Of a DNA stretch of 64,000 nucleotides, positions 26,976-37,184 are shown in pieces; positions within the stretch are counted from its first letter, which is position 1; each line of letters opens with the position of its first letter. The notes beneath the pieces are model-generated. The model saw only the letters and a program-made list of their open reading frames with translations, made no database searches and was not told where the DNA came from. Origin of the DNA: Candidatus Moraniibacteriota bacterium (GTDB lineage: Bacteria > Patescibacteriota > Minisyncoccia > Moranbacterales > UBA1568); NCBI GenBank assembly GCA_037441965.1, contig JBBIRD010000003.1, positions 6,741 to 70,740 of the forward strand. Direction: 5' to 3'. Both the position numbers and the translations under genes were made by a program.

Positions 26976-28253
26976 ATGGAAACACAACAAGACAATGTAG
27001 TACACAGAGAAAATATATCAGCAGAAAATATACATACACATCATAAACATCAAGCATTTCTTTTCTTTTTTGCTCTCATTTTCGGTTTTTTAGGTGGTCT
27101 TTTTTCTCCTGCAGTAATGAAATTGTATGACAAGTATGCCACGCTCTCATCTGAGGAGAATGAAGAAAAAATAGCATCTCCTCTATCACCAGTGATGGAA
27201 CAAAAAACATCTGATGAGCGTATTGTGAGTTTGGTAGAGAACCACTCGAGCGGTGTAGTAAGTATCGTCGTTAGTAAGGATGTACCACAAATGAAGCGTT
27301 TTCGTTCTATGGACTTTTTTGGAGGATGGCCTTTTTTTGATCCTTTTGATCAGCCAAAAACATCAGATACTCTTCCTTCCAAAGAGAAACAGAAAATTGG
27401 TAGCGGGTCAGGGTTTTTTGTATCGAGTGACGGTATGATTGTCACAAATAAGCATGTGGTATCTGATGAACAGGCTGAATATACCGTGATTACACAGGAG
27501 GGGAAAGAATATTCTGCAAAAGTGCTTGCGCGTGATCCGAATAATGATATTGCTGTTTTGAAAATTGAAGGAAAAGATTTTCCAGCGTTGACACTTGGTG
27601 ATTCAAGCACTCTCAAAGTTGGACAAAGTGTCGTAGCTATCGGTAATGCTCTAGGAGAATTTTCTGGTTCGGTGACAAGTGGAATTATTTCTGGTTTGAA
27701 ACGCAATGTGTCAGCGGGATCCAGTTTTGGTATGGAAGAGAAATTAACTGATATTATTCAAACAGATACTGCTATCAATCCAGGAAATTCTGGAGGACCA
27801 TTGTTTAATATCTCCGGCGAAGTAATTGGAATAAATGTTGCTATGGCTGCAGGCGCAGAAAACGTTGGTTTTGCTCTCCCTATTGATTCAATAAAAAAAG
27901 TTATAGGTGAGGTGCAAAAGACAGGAAAAATAGCAACACCGTATATTGGTGTTCGTTATGTTCTTTTGACTGATGAAATACAAAAAGCAAATAATCTCCC
28001 TTATAATTATGGAGCACTTGTTTTGCGTGGAACGAATATGACTGATTTTGCTGTCATTCCTGGTTCTCCTGCCGATAAAGCTAATATTGTAGAAAATGAT
28101 ATTATTCTTCGTGTGAATGGGAAAAAAATTGATGAAGAGCATCCTCTTTCTAGTCTTATTTCAGAGTATTCTATTGGTGATGAGATTACATTCTCGATAT
28201 GGCACAAAGGGAAAGAAAGTGATGTAAAGATTACTCTTGAAGAACGTAACTAA
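26976..28253 (+). CDS. htrA: HtrA/DegP-family serine protease (trypsin plus PDZ), membrane-anchored
   Basis: GSGSGF, TNKHVV (His), NNDIAV (Asp), IQTDTAINPGNSGGPL (Ser), PDZ domain. Confidence 0.95.
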   Translation: METQQDNVVHRENISAENIHTHHKHQAFLFFFALIFGFLGGLFSPAVMKLYDKYATLSSEENEEKIASPLSPVMEQKTSDERIVSLVENHSSGVVSIVVSKDVPQMKRFRSMDFFGGWPFFDPFDQPKTSDTLPSKEKQKIGSGSGFFVSSDGMIVTNKHVVSDEQAEYTVITQEGKEYSAKVLARDPNNDIAVLKIEGKDFPALTLGDSSTLKVGQSVVAIGNALGEFSGSVTSGIISGLKRNVSAGSSFGMEEKLTDIIQTDTAINPGNSGGPLFNISGEVIGINVAMAAGAENVGFALPIDSIKKVIGEVQKTGKIATPYIGVRYVLLTDEIQKANNLPYNYGALVLRGTNMTDFAVIPGSPADKANIVENDIILRVNGKKIDEEHPLSSLISEYSIGDEITFSIWHKGKESDVKITLEERN

Positions 28254-28279
28254 CATAATGGAGTAGATAATAAGAGTTG

Positions 28280-28314
28280 AAAAAAGAAAGAGTGTGACAC
28301 TCTTTCTTTTTTTT
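28280..28314 (+). terminator. Intrinsic (bidirectional-type) terminator after htrA
   Basis: aaaaaagaaagagtg-tga-cactctttctttttt perfect inverted repeat. Confidence 0.75.
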
Positions 28315-28353
28315 ATTTTATGATATAGTAAAAATAGATATTTGTTTTTTATT

Positions 28354-29115
28354 ATGATTTTTCATCTGACTATCTTTTTTTGGACGCTTATTTTCGCATT
28401 GGGACTTGAAATAGTAGTGCAAAATTCGTTTTCACCAACATGGAATTGGTATTTTTTTACAACTATACCGTTTTTCATTATTTCTCTCTTAGCGTGTCAA
28501 AAAATTACGAAGCGTTCGACAGATGTTTTTCTCCTCGGACTCCTTTTTCTTTCTTCTCCTACACTTCTTTCGTTCATTGATTCACCTCGTCAGAGTCAAT
28601 GGTTTATTTTTCTTTGTTCGGTTATGTATTATTTTGCACTTCTTGGTTTATATCGATTGCATTACTCTCCAAAAGATAAGACGGCACAATCTTTTCTTAA
28701 TACGGCCTCTTTGGCTGGTATTTTCTTTTATTATACGAGTCTTTTTGGCTTCTATCTGAATTTTTCATTTCCATTGTGGGGATTGATGACATTGTACTTT
28801 TTTGGCACTGCTTTTATGAGTTATAAAACATTTGCTAGTATAGAGAGAGAGGGAATACAAAAGAAACGATTGATGATGTACAGTGTGTTATTAGGTCTTT
28901 GTATGGCGGAAATGGTTTGGGTGATGAGTTTCTGGCCATTTGGATATTTAACAGCAGGCGTATTAGCACTCATTTTTTTCTTTCTCATTTGGGATATTAC
29001 TTTTGATATCTTTCACAGCACACTTTCGCTTCGAAAAATGGTGTGGCGAACAATTTTTTTCTTTATCCTTATAGGGATTTTGCTATGGAGTACGTCTTGG
29101 CACATCCTTGTATGA
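28354..29115 (+). CDS. Polytopic membrane protein of unknown function
   Basis: About 8-9 hydrophobic helices; EMVWVMSFWP motif. Confidence 0.75.
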   Translation: MIFHLTIFFWTLIFALGLEIVVQNSFSPTWNWYFFTTIPFFIISLLACQKITKRSTDVFLLGLLFLSSPTLLSFIDSPRQSQWFIFLCSVMYYFALLGLYRLHYSPKDKTAQSFLNTASLAGIFFYYTSLFGFYLNFSFPLWGLMTLYFFGTAFMSYKTFASIEREGIQKKRLMMYSVLLGLCMAEMVWVMSFWPFGYLTAGVLALIFFFLIWDITFDIFHSTLSLRKMVWRTIFFFILIGILLWSTSWHILV

Positions 29116-29219
29116 TGGGGTGTACAAATGATAGGCGATGTGATAAAAAGAATGAAGAGGTTAAATAAGAAGATGTATTTATCATAATCCAAAGCCGTAA
29201 GGTATTCGTCATTTTTTGT

Positions 29220-30362
29220 ATGAAAAAATCTGTTTTTATTGTAGTTTTTATTTTTATTTTCTTTCTTTTTGGTGCTTTAGGAGCAATTTTTTTGAATGCT
29301 TATCTTCCAAAAATTGCTTCTTTTCCTATTTTGAATAAGTGGAGTGTACTAAAGAAAGCGACTGATCGCGTGACGATTATCAATAAAACTGAGCAGGTCG
29401 TCATTGCAGAGGATGATTCTGTAGAAAAGATTGTTTCACAACCAGCCACCGCAGTAGTGAATATTGTTATGACGCCATCTGATACGGCAAAGAGTATGTC
29501 ATTACCTCTTCCTATACGAACAGGTGTTTTAGTGACGAACGATGGACTAGTTCTCAGTTATAGTAGTTCTCCTCTCACCAAAGAGATGTATCAATACACT
29601 GTTATTCTTTTTGATGGAACGACACAGACGGCCGATTTCGTCGGATACGATACTCTTACAAACATTTTTTTTCTTCGTCTGAAGGATACAAAGAATACCC
29701 CAGCGATTGCTTTTGCAAATTCTGATGATGCACGCATTGGCAAAAAGATTATCGCTCTCGGAGGATCATCTCTTCCATATCAAAATCGATTAGCCACAGG
29801 TATTTTGAGTAATATAAATTATTCTTTCAATCTCTCTGGAAAAACAGTGGCATTATCAGAAAAAATGGAAGGTGTTTTCGAAACTGATTTCGTTACACCA
29901 GACCAATTTATTGGCGGACCAACTGTTGGTTATAATGGAGAGATGATTGGTCTTATGGGATCACTGCTCATCGATAATGTTCCTTTTTCATTTCTTATTC
30001 CTGTGAATGCGGTTCATGAGTCTTTAGACAGGGCGATAAATGGAGAGCTTGATACGCGTGTTGTTTTCGGAGCGTACTATTTACCTATTACCAAGACATT
30101 GGCCGTTCAGATGCATCTTCCTGAAGAAAGCGGAGCTCTTATTTATTCTCCATCTGGGAAAACAGGATTAGCATTGCTTGCAGGACTCAGTGCTTCAAAA
30201 GCAGGACTGGAAGTAGGGGATATTATTCTGAGTATTGACGATAAACCTATCACACTCACTACTCCGCTTCCATTGCTTCTTCGCTCGTATCACAAGAATG
30301 AAAGCGTGAAAATGTCTGTGTGGCGAAAAGATGCAGAACAAGAAATAACAGTGCAGTTTTAA
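29220..30362 (+). CDS. HtrA-like trypsin+PDZ protein lacking the catalytic triad (pseudoprotease)
   Basis: Colinear with HtrA: TGVLVTNDGLVLSYSS (no His), DTLTNIFF (Asp to Asn), DQFIGGP (Ser to Ile); PDZ retained. Confidence 0.8.
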   Translation: MKKSVFIVVFIFIFFLFGALGAIFLNAYLPKIASFPILNKWSVLKKATDRVTIINKTEQVVIAEDDSVEKIVSQPATAVVNIVMTPSDTAKSMSLPLPIRTGVLVTNDGLVLSYSSSPLTKEMYQYTVILFDGTTQTADFVGYDTLTNIFFLRLKDTKNTPAIAFANSDDARIGKKIIALGGSSLPYQNRLATGILSNINYSFNLSGKTVALSEKMEGVFETDFVTPDQFIGGPTVGYNGEMIGLMGSLLIDNVPFSFLIPVNAVHESLDRAINGELDTRVVFGAYYLPITKTLAVQMHLPEESGALIYSPSGKTGLALLAGLSASKAGLEVGDIILSIDDKPITLTTPLPLLLRSYHKNESVKMSVWRKDAEQEITVQF

Positions 30363-30371
30363 TATATCTTT

Positions 30372-31610
30372 ATGCGACAATCAAAAATTTTTATTCATAC
30401 CAAGAAAGAATCTCCGAAAGATGAAGTGAGTAAAAATGCTCAATTACTTATACGAGCTGGTTTTATTCACAAAGAAATGGCAGGAGTATATTCTTTTCTA
30501 CCGTTTGGTTTACGAGTATTAAATAAAATTATTCAGATTATTCGTGAAGAAATGAACAAAGTAGGTGGACAAGAAGTGCTTCTTGCATCACTGCAAGATA
30601 AAGCATTGTGGGAAACAACTGATCGATGGGATGATGAGAAGGTAGATGTATGGTTCAAAACAAAATTAAAAAATGGTACAGATCTTGGGCTAGCTGTAAC
30701 ACACGAGGAACCAATGACGCGTATGTTGACACAGCATATCAGTTCATATCGTGATTTACCGTTACTTACATATCATTTTCAAACGAAGTTTCGTAACGAG
30801 GTGCGCGCTAAATCAGGTATTATGAGAATGCGTGAGTTTCTAATGAAAGATCTTTATTCTTTTGCTCGTACTCTTGAGGAGCATAATACTCTCTATACAT
30901 CTATTAGAGGAGCCTATAAAACTGTTTTTGAAAGAGTAGGATTGGGAGATGTTACATACCCTACATTTGCTTCAGGTGGAATATTTAGTAAATATTCAGA
31001 AGAGTTTCAGACTGTGAGCGATGCCGGTGAAGACATTATCTATGTTGATGAAATGAGTGGCCAGGCACTCAATGTCGAAGTGCTTAATGATGAAGTACTG
31101 GCTGACCTCGGGTTGAAGAGAGAAAATTTGGTTGAGAAAAAATCAATTGAAGTGGGTAATATATTTAGTCTTGGAACGAGGTTTTCTGAGCCACTTGGAC
31201 TCACTTATAAAAACGAGAAGGGTGAATCTCTCCCTGTTATTATGGGAAGTTATGGCATTGGACCCGCGAGAGTGATGGGGACGATTGCAGAAGTTTTGTC
31301 TGATGATTTGGGTCTGGTATGGCCAGAAAGTGTAGCGCCATTTCGAGTACATCTTCTTTCTCTTGGAGCAGACGAGAAGGCGACTGAAATCTATGAGATA
31401 CTTACACAAGCAGGTGTTGAAGTACTCTATGATGATCGTGATATGCGAGCCGGAGAGAAGTTTTCGGAGAGTGATTTATTAGGTATTCCATATCGAGTAG
31501 TGGTCAGTAAACGATCTGTTGAATTAGGAAAAGTCGAAATAAAAAAGCGTACTGAAAAAGAATCTGAAGAAAGAACTTTTGAAGAGCTCATTTCATTTTT
31601 TAAAAAATAA
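30372..31610 (+). CDS. proS: Prolyl-tRNA synthetase (short, no editing insertion)
   Basis: LLIRAGF, THEE, KFRNEVR...GIMRMREFLMKDLYSF, IEVGNIF, MGSYGIG. Confidence 0.95.
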   Translation: MRQSKIFIHTKKESPKDEVSKNAQLLIRAGFIHKEMAGVYSFLPFGLRVLNKIIQIIREEMNKVGGQEVLLASLQDKALWETTDRWDDEKVDVWFKTKLKNGTDLGLAVTHEEPMTRMLTQHISSYRDLPLLTYHFQTKFRNEVRAKSGIMRMREFLMKDLYSFARTLEEHNTLYTSIRGAYKTVFERVGLGDVTYPTFASGGIFSKYSEEFQTVSDAGEDIIYVDEMSGQALNVEVLNDEVLADLGLKRENLVEKKSIEVGNIFSLGTRFSEPLGLTYKNEKGESLPVIMGSYGIGPARVMGTIAEVLSDDLGLVWPESVAPFRVHLLSLGADEKATEIYEILTQAGVEVLYDDRDMRAGEKFSESDLLGIPYRVVVSKRSVELGKVEIKKRTEKESEERTFEELISFFKK

Positions 31611-31613
31611 TCT

Positions 31614-32327
31614 ATGACACGGGAAATATATTTAAAGGATGAACGGATTATTATTTCTCTTGGTGGATCACTTTTGGTGCCTGAAGGTATTGATGCTGAG
31701 TTCATAGCGAATTTCAAAAAATTTATTATTGCTCATATCAAGAAAGGCTACCGTTTCATTTTGGTAACAGGTGGAGGAAAAACGGCTCGTCGATATATTG
31801 ATGTTGCTTCACAAGTAACAAAAATAACTTCAGATGATTGTGATTGGCTCGGTATCCACGCGACTCGTATGAACGCTCATCTTGTGCGTACAATATTTCG
31901 TGAGTATGCTCATCCTCGTATCAATACTAATCCGCATGATCTTGAAGATTTTTATGGAGCGCCGGAGCCGATACTTGTTGCAGCGGGTTGGCGTCCGGGT
32001 TTTTCAACTGATTTTGATGCTGTCATACTCGGGAAATATTTGGATGTAACGCGTATTATTAATCTTTCAAATATCGAACGAGTGTATAACAAAGATCCTC
32101 GAACACACGCTGACGCAATACCGTTTGATGAGATTACTTGGAAAGAATTTCGGAAAATTGTAGGCAACAAGTGGAATCCAGGTATGAATGTTCCTTTCGA
32201 TCCGATTGCTTCGGAAATGGCAGAGAAAGAACATATGGAAGTAGCCATATTGAATGGGGGAGATCTTGTGAATGTTACAAATTATATTGCAGGGAAATCA
32301 TTTATCGGGACAAGAATACGAGGATAA
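31614..32327 (+). CDS. pyrH: UMP kinase, archaeal-type
   Basis: ISLGGS, TGGGKTARRY, GIHATRMNA, GWRPGFSTD, VYNKDP, PFDP.A. Confidence 0.88.
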   Translation: MTREIYLKDERIIISLGGSLLVPEGIDAEFIANFKKFIIAHIKKGYRFILVTGGGKTARRYIDVASQVTKITSDDCDWLGIHATRMNAHLVRTIFREYAHPRINTNPHDLEDFYGAPEPILVAAGWRPGFSTDFDAVILGKYLDVTRIINLSNIERVYNKDPRTHADAIPFDEITWKEFRKIVGNKWNPGMNVPFDPIASEMAEKEHMEVAILNGGDLVNVTNYIAGKSFIGTRIRG

Positions 32328-32347
32328 GTTTTTATTTGTGAGTATAT

Positions 32348-33298
32348 ATGAAAACGGTAAAAAAACTTCTTCTTGCATCACCTCGTGGATTCTGTGCTGG
32401 AGTTTCTAGAGCAGTGAAAGCTGTTGAAGACACACTTGCTCTTTTTGGCGCACCAATTTATGTAAAACATGAAATTGTACATAATAAGCATATTGTCGAA
32501 AATTTTTCGTCTCAGGGTGTTATTACCATAGAAACGCTCTCAGAAGTACCTGAAGGGTCCGTAGTCGTGTTTTCTGCTCACGGGTCAATACCAGAGCATT
32601 ATATTGAGGCAAAAAAACGTCATTTGACGCTTATTGATGCCACTTGTCCACTTGTTACGAAGGTACATCTTGAAGTACATCGTTTTCTTAAAGACGAATA
32701 CACTATTGTTTATATCGGACACAAAGGACATATCGAAGGTATTGGTGTTTTAGGAGAAGCAAAAGATGGACAGATTTTTCTTGTGGAAAATGTGGAGGAT
32801 GTTCAGAACTTGAACATTGGTAATCCGGAGAAGATTGTATATCTTACGCAAACAACACTTTCTGTTGATGATACCGCAGAAGTGATCCGTGCACTTCAAA
32901 AAAAATACCCATACATTATTGCTCCACCACTTTCTGATATTTGTTTTGCGACGACCAATCGTCAGTTGGCAGTGAAATCTCTCGCTAAGCTGTGTGATCT
33001 CATTTTGATTGTTGGATCAAAAAATTCTTCAAATTCGACGCGTCTTATGGAAACCGCGAGGCATATAGGTATCGAGGCATATCTTATTGACGATGTGTCC
33101 CAAATTGAGCATCAGTGGTTTGATGACAAAGAGATTATTGGTCTGAGTGCTGGAGCAAGTGCTCCTGAAAATCTTGTTTCTGATATTATTGATTTTTTTA
33201 TAGCAAATGGAGTAACAGTAGAAAATCATATTGCACTCGAAGAAACAATGCATTTTACAGAACCACTCGAACTAATGCAGTTGAAAAGGAAAAAATGA
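32348..33298 (+). CDS. ispH: 4-hydroxy-3-methylbut-2-enyl diphosphate reductase
   Basis: PRGFCAGV, IVHN, FSAHG, DATCPLV, QTT, DICFATTNRQ, SSNS, AGASAP. Confidence 0.96.
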   Translation: MKTVKKLLLASPRGFCAGVSRAVKAVEDTLALFGAPIYVKHEIVHNKHIVENFSSQGVITIETLSEVPEGSVVVFSAHGSIPEHYIEAKKRHLTLIDATCPLVTKVHLEVHRFLKDEYTIVYIGHKGHIEGIGVLGEAKDGQIFLVENVEDVQNLNIGNPEKIVYLTQTTLSVDDTAEVIRALQKKYPYIIAPPLSDICFATTNRQLAVKSLAKLCDLILIVGSKNSSNSTRLMETARHIGIEAYLIDDVSQIEHQWFDDKEIIGLSAGASAPENLVSDIIDFFIANGVTVENHIALEETMHFTEPLELMQLKRKK

Positions 33299-34425
33299 TG
33301 AAACAATACAGCACCATTGCTCTTCAAGTGAGTGATCTTGATCATAGGCGTATCGATGGAACGAGAGTGTATCTAAGGGAGTTACTCCGTCGTTTTGGTC
33401 TTTTGGATACTGAGACCAATTTTCATTTGTATCATAGGAAGGTTTTTAATCCTAATCTTGAGCCTCCATTCTTTAAGAATTATAGAATACGGAGATTGTC
33501 CTTTCCTTTTGCATGGATGCAAACGATATTTGTATGGGAAATGTTTCGTACGATTCCGAAAAAACTTTTTTTGCCTATCCAAGCCGTTCCATTTTTTGTT
33601 TCCCAAAAAACAGAGGTTATTGTTACGATTCACGATCTTGCTTTTAAGCGTTATCCTGAGACATTTCCAAAAATGCATTTATTCAAATTGAATTTTTTGT
33701 TATCTCTTGCGTTGTCGAGAGCGGATAAATTGATTGCAGTATCAGCGTCGACGAAGCAAGATATAAAAGAATTTTTTCCACAGATTCCTATGGAGCGTAT
33801 TCGCATTATTCATCACGGTTTTGATAAGGATTTCTTTGGCGTGAGAATAGATCATAATTTTTTGACACAGAAGCTTGCTTTGTATCATCTTAAGGAAAAA
33901 TCATATATGCTCTATGTTGGAGCACTTCAACCAAGGAAAAATCTTGTACGACTTATTAAGGCTTTCGATAATGCGAAGAAGAAAATTCCTGCTATGAAAT
34001 TAGTATTAGTGGGAGAGAGTGCATGGCTTTCAGAAACAATATTTGAGGCACGAGAACAGAGTATATACAAAGAAGATATTATGATGGTAGGGTCGTTAGG
34101 TTTTGAAGAAATACGCATATTATATCAAGGAGCGCGATTTTTTGTTTTCCCATCACTCTATGAAGGATTTGGATTGCCTATTCTTGAAGCCTTTGCTTCT
34201 TTGGTACCAGTGCTTACAGCTGATAATTCCAGTTTACTTGAAGTAGGAGGTAATGCAGTATTATATTGTAATGCCGTAAACATTGAGGATATATCTGAGA
34301 AAATGATGATTCTCTGGAATGATGAAATGTTGCAAAAAAACCTTGTGATAAAAGGAAAAGAACAATTAGAAAAGTTTTCGTGGGATAAATGTGCTAAAGA
34401 AACTTTGGAATATATTCTTTCTTAA
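33295..34425 (+). CDS. Glycosyltransferase family 4
   Basis: [25 protein letters not shown]. Confidence 0.92.
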   Translation: MMKQYSTIALQVSDLDHRRIDGTRVYLRELLRRFGLLDTETNFHLYHRKVFNPNLEPPFFKNYRIRRLSFPFAWMQTIFVWEMFRTIPKKLFLPIQAVPFFVSQKTEVIVTIHDLAFKRYPETFPKMHLFKLNFLLSLALSRADKLIAVSASTKQDIKEFFPQIPMERIRIIHHGFDKDFFGVRIDHNFLTQKLALYHLKEKSYMLYVGALQPRKNLVRLIKAFDNAKKKIPAMKLVLVGESAWLSETIFEAREQSIYKEDIMMVGSLGFEEIRILYQGARFFVFPSLYEGFGLPILEAFASLVPVLTADNSSLLEVGGNAVLYCNAVNIEDISEKMMILWNDEMLQKNLVIKGKEQLEKFSWDKCAKETLEYILS

Positions 34426-34475
34426 AGACGAAAATGCTTCTTGCTTTTTGAGTGTTTTTGCTTTATCCTTAGGAA

Positions 34476-36293
34476 ATGAATGAACAAGAACGACAAAAAA
34501 ATATTCGCAATTTTTGTATCATTGCACATATTGATCATGGGAAATCTACTCTCGCGGATCGTCTTTTGGAACTGACAAAAACAGTAGAAATGCGAAAAAT
34601 GAAGGAACAACTCCTCGATCAGATGGATCTGGAACGTGAAAGAGGTATCACGATCAAGCTTCAGCCGGTACAGATGCATTATGAATATGCAGGAGAGAAA
34701 TATACGCTCAATCTCATTGATACGCCGGGACATGTGGATTTTCATTATGAAGTATCTCGTTCACTTGCTGCTGTCGAAGGAGCGATTCTTTTGGTTGATG
34801 CGACAAAGGGTGTGCAAGCGCAAACACTTGCTAATTTGTATCTTGCTATTGATCAAGGGCTTGAGATTATTCCCGTGATTAATAAAATAGATTTACCAAA
34901 TGCTGAAGTAGAAAAAACAAAAAAAGAAATCATTCACATTTTGGGATGTAGAGAAGATGAAATACTTCTTGCTTCAGGAAAGACAGGAATAGGTGTGAAA
35001 GAAGTATTGGAGCGTGTTATTTCTGTTGTTCCTGCTCCTAATGGTGATGAAATGAAACCGCTTCGCGCCCTTATTTTCGATTCGGTATACAATACCTACA
35101 AAGGTGTCGTTGCGTATGTAAAAATTGTTGATGGTACGGTGAAGCGTGATGATATGCTTCATATGTTGGGTACTGAGAAAGAAGGCGTTACCGTTGAAGT
35201 AGGATTGTTTCATCCAAATCTTGTTTCGACTGATGTACTTCGTGCTGGAGATATTGGATATATTGCTACTGGACTTAAAGAAGTGGGACATTGTCGTGTT
35301 GGAGACACAGTCACATGGCGGATGAAAGATAAAGAAAAGATTGTTATCGAGAGACTTCCCGGATACAAAGAAATTAAACCAGCAGTGTATGCGAGTTTCT
35401 ATCCTGTCGATGGAGATGATTATACAGTGATGCGTGATGCTTTGGATAAATTGAAACTGAACGATGCAGCATTTACTTTTGAACCAGAAAGTAATCAGGC
35501 TCTTGGGCGAGGATTTCGTTGTGGATTTCTCGGACTTTTGCATTTGGAAATCATTCAGGCGAGATTGGATAGAGAGTTTCAATTGAATCCGACAATTACT
35601 ACCCCGTCAGTAGTATATGAAATAAAATTGCACGGTGTTGAAAAGCGTGTGCCATTGTATTCACCAACTAGTCTTCCTGATCCAGCAAGTATTGAAAAAA
35701 TATATGAACCGTATGTTGCTCTTTCTATCGTCACCCCGAGTGAATATTTAGGGAATGTCATCACATTGACACAATCTATCCGTGCGGAGTATAAGAATAC
35801 TGAATACATTGATGAAGAACGGGTTTTACTTTCTTTTGAGGCACCACTTATGGATGTGATCGTGAGTTTTCATGATGAATTGAAAAGTGTTTCATCAGGA
35901 TATGCTTCGATGAATTATGAACCGATAGAATATCGGGCAAGTGATGTTGTGAAGCTTGATATTCTCGTGGCTAATGAATGCGTTGAAGCATTCGCTCGAA
36001 TGATTCCTCGTCGTGATGCTTATGGAGAAGGAAAGCGTGTTGTAGAAAAATTGAAAGAAGTTATTCCGAAACAAAACTTTGCGGTTGCTATTCAGGCTGC
36101 TATTGGAGGAAAAGTGATCGCTCGTGAAACAATCTCCGCTTTTCGAAAAGATGTAACAGGAGCTCTGTATGGAGGAGATTTTTCTCGTAAAAAGAAACTT
36201 CTTGAAAAGCAAAAAAGAGGAAAGAAAAAAATGCGTGAGATTGGTAGAGTATCTATTCCAAGTAGTGCTTTTCTTGCTGTACTCAAGAAATAA
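34476..36293 (+). CDS. lepA: Elongation factor 4
   Basis: IAHIDHGKSTL, ERERGITIK, DTPGH, GFRCGFLGLLH, KKKLLEKQK. Confidence 0.98.
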   Translation: MNEQERQKNIRNFCIIAHIDHGKSTLADRLLELTKTVEMRKMKEQLLDQMDLERERGITIKLQPVQMHYEYAGEKYTLNLIDTPGHVDFHYEVSRSLAAVEGAILLVDATKGVQAQTLANLYLAIDQGLEIIPVINKIDLPNAEVEKTKKEIIHILGCREDEILLASGKTGIGVKEVLERVISVVPAPNGDEMKPLRALIFDSVYNTYKGVVAYVKIVDGTVKRDDMLHMLGTEKEGVTVEVGLFHPNLVSTDVLRAGDIGYIATGLKEVGHCRVGDTVTWRMKDKEKIVIERLPGYKEIKPAVYASFYPVDGDDYTVMRDALDKLKLNDAAFTFEPESNQALGRGFRCGFLGLLHLEIIQARLDREFQLNPTITTPSVVYEIKLHGVEKRVPLYSPTSLPDPASIEKIYEPYVALSIVTPSEYLGNVITLTQSIRAEYKNTEYIDEERVLLSFEAPLMDVIVSFHDELKSVSSGYASMNYEPIEYRASDVVKLDILVANECVEAFARMIPRRDAYGEGKRVVEKLKEVIPKQNFAVAIQAAIGGKVIARETISAFRKDVTGALYGGDFSRKKKLLEKQKRGKKKMREIGRVSIPSSAFLAVLKK

Positions 36294-36391
36294 ATATTTT
36301 GCAAAATCGTTCCAGAAAGAGTATACTGCGTATGTAAATATTATTGATATTTTCTGTCTATCGTGACAATAGCTCAGAAAGATAAAAAACT

Positions 36392-36703
36392 ATGGCAATG
36401 GAGTTTACCGATGCAAATTTTGAAGCAGAAGTGTTAAAGAGTGATAAGCCGGTACTTGTTGATTTTTGGGCACCATGGTGTGGTCCGTGTCAATTGATGG
36501 GACCAGTTATTGAAGAATTGGCTGGAGAAGTAACAAGTGCAAAGATTGGTAAGCTAAATGTTGACGAGAATGCAGATACAGCAAGCGCATACGGTATTAT
36601 GTCTATCCCTACTCTCAAGGTGTTCAAAGATGGAAAAGTTGTGAAAGAATTTGTAGGCGCACAAGCGAAAGATAAATTGAAAGCAGAGCTTGCAAACCTG
36701 TAG
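36392..36703 (+). CDS. trxA: Thioredoxin
   Basis: [14 protein letters not shown]. Confidence 0.96.
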   Translation: MAMEFTDANFEAEVLKSDKPVLVDFWAPWCGPCQLMGPVIEELAGEVTSAKIGKLNVDENADTASAYGIMSIPTLKVFKDGKVVKEFVGAQAKDKLKAELANL

Positions 36704-36735
36704 TTTTTATTTTTCAAGATTTAAAACAAAAAACA

Positions 36736-37176
36736 ATGAAAATTCATAAGGAGAAAATTGATCTGGAAAGTAAAACACAGATCGAGTTTATGGATATTAC
36801 TGACAAAGTCCAAGAAATTATTGATCATTCTGGAGTGAGAGAAGGTCAAGTACTGGTGTATGTTCCTCATACTACGATGGGTATTGCTATCAATCATAAC
36901 GAGCCGATGTTGGTACAAGATTTTATGCGTGTTATGTATAAGCTTGTCCCTGTTGATGATCACTATTCTCATGATCTATTTGAACTCCGTCGTGAATCAC
37001 AATCAGATGGACGCAGTAATGGTCATTCACATTGTAAATCTATCCTACTTGGTAATAGCGAAACAATTCCTATTGAAAGAGGAAAACTTCTTCTGACAGA
37101 GCGTCAAAGTATCTTTGCTGTCGAATTCGACGGATCAAGGAAAAGAGATATTTTTATTCAAGTAATCGGACTTTAA
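36736..37176 (+). CDS. yjbQ: YjbQ/UPF0047 family protein
   Basis: PHTT, NGHSH, EFDG.RKR motifs. Confidence 0.88.
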   Translation: MKIHKEKIDLESKTQIEFMDITDKVQEIIDHSGVREGQVLVYVPHTTMGIAINHNEPMLVQDFMRVMYKLVPVDDHYSHDLFELRRESQSDGRSNGHSHCKSILLGNSETIPIERGKLLLTERQSIFAVEFDGSRKRDIFIQVIGL

Positions 37177-37184
37177 ATAATACG

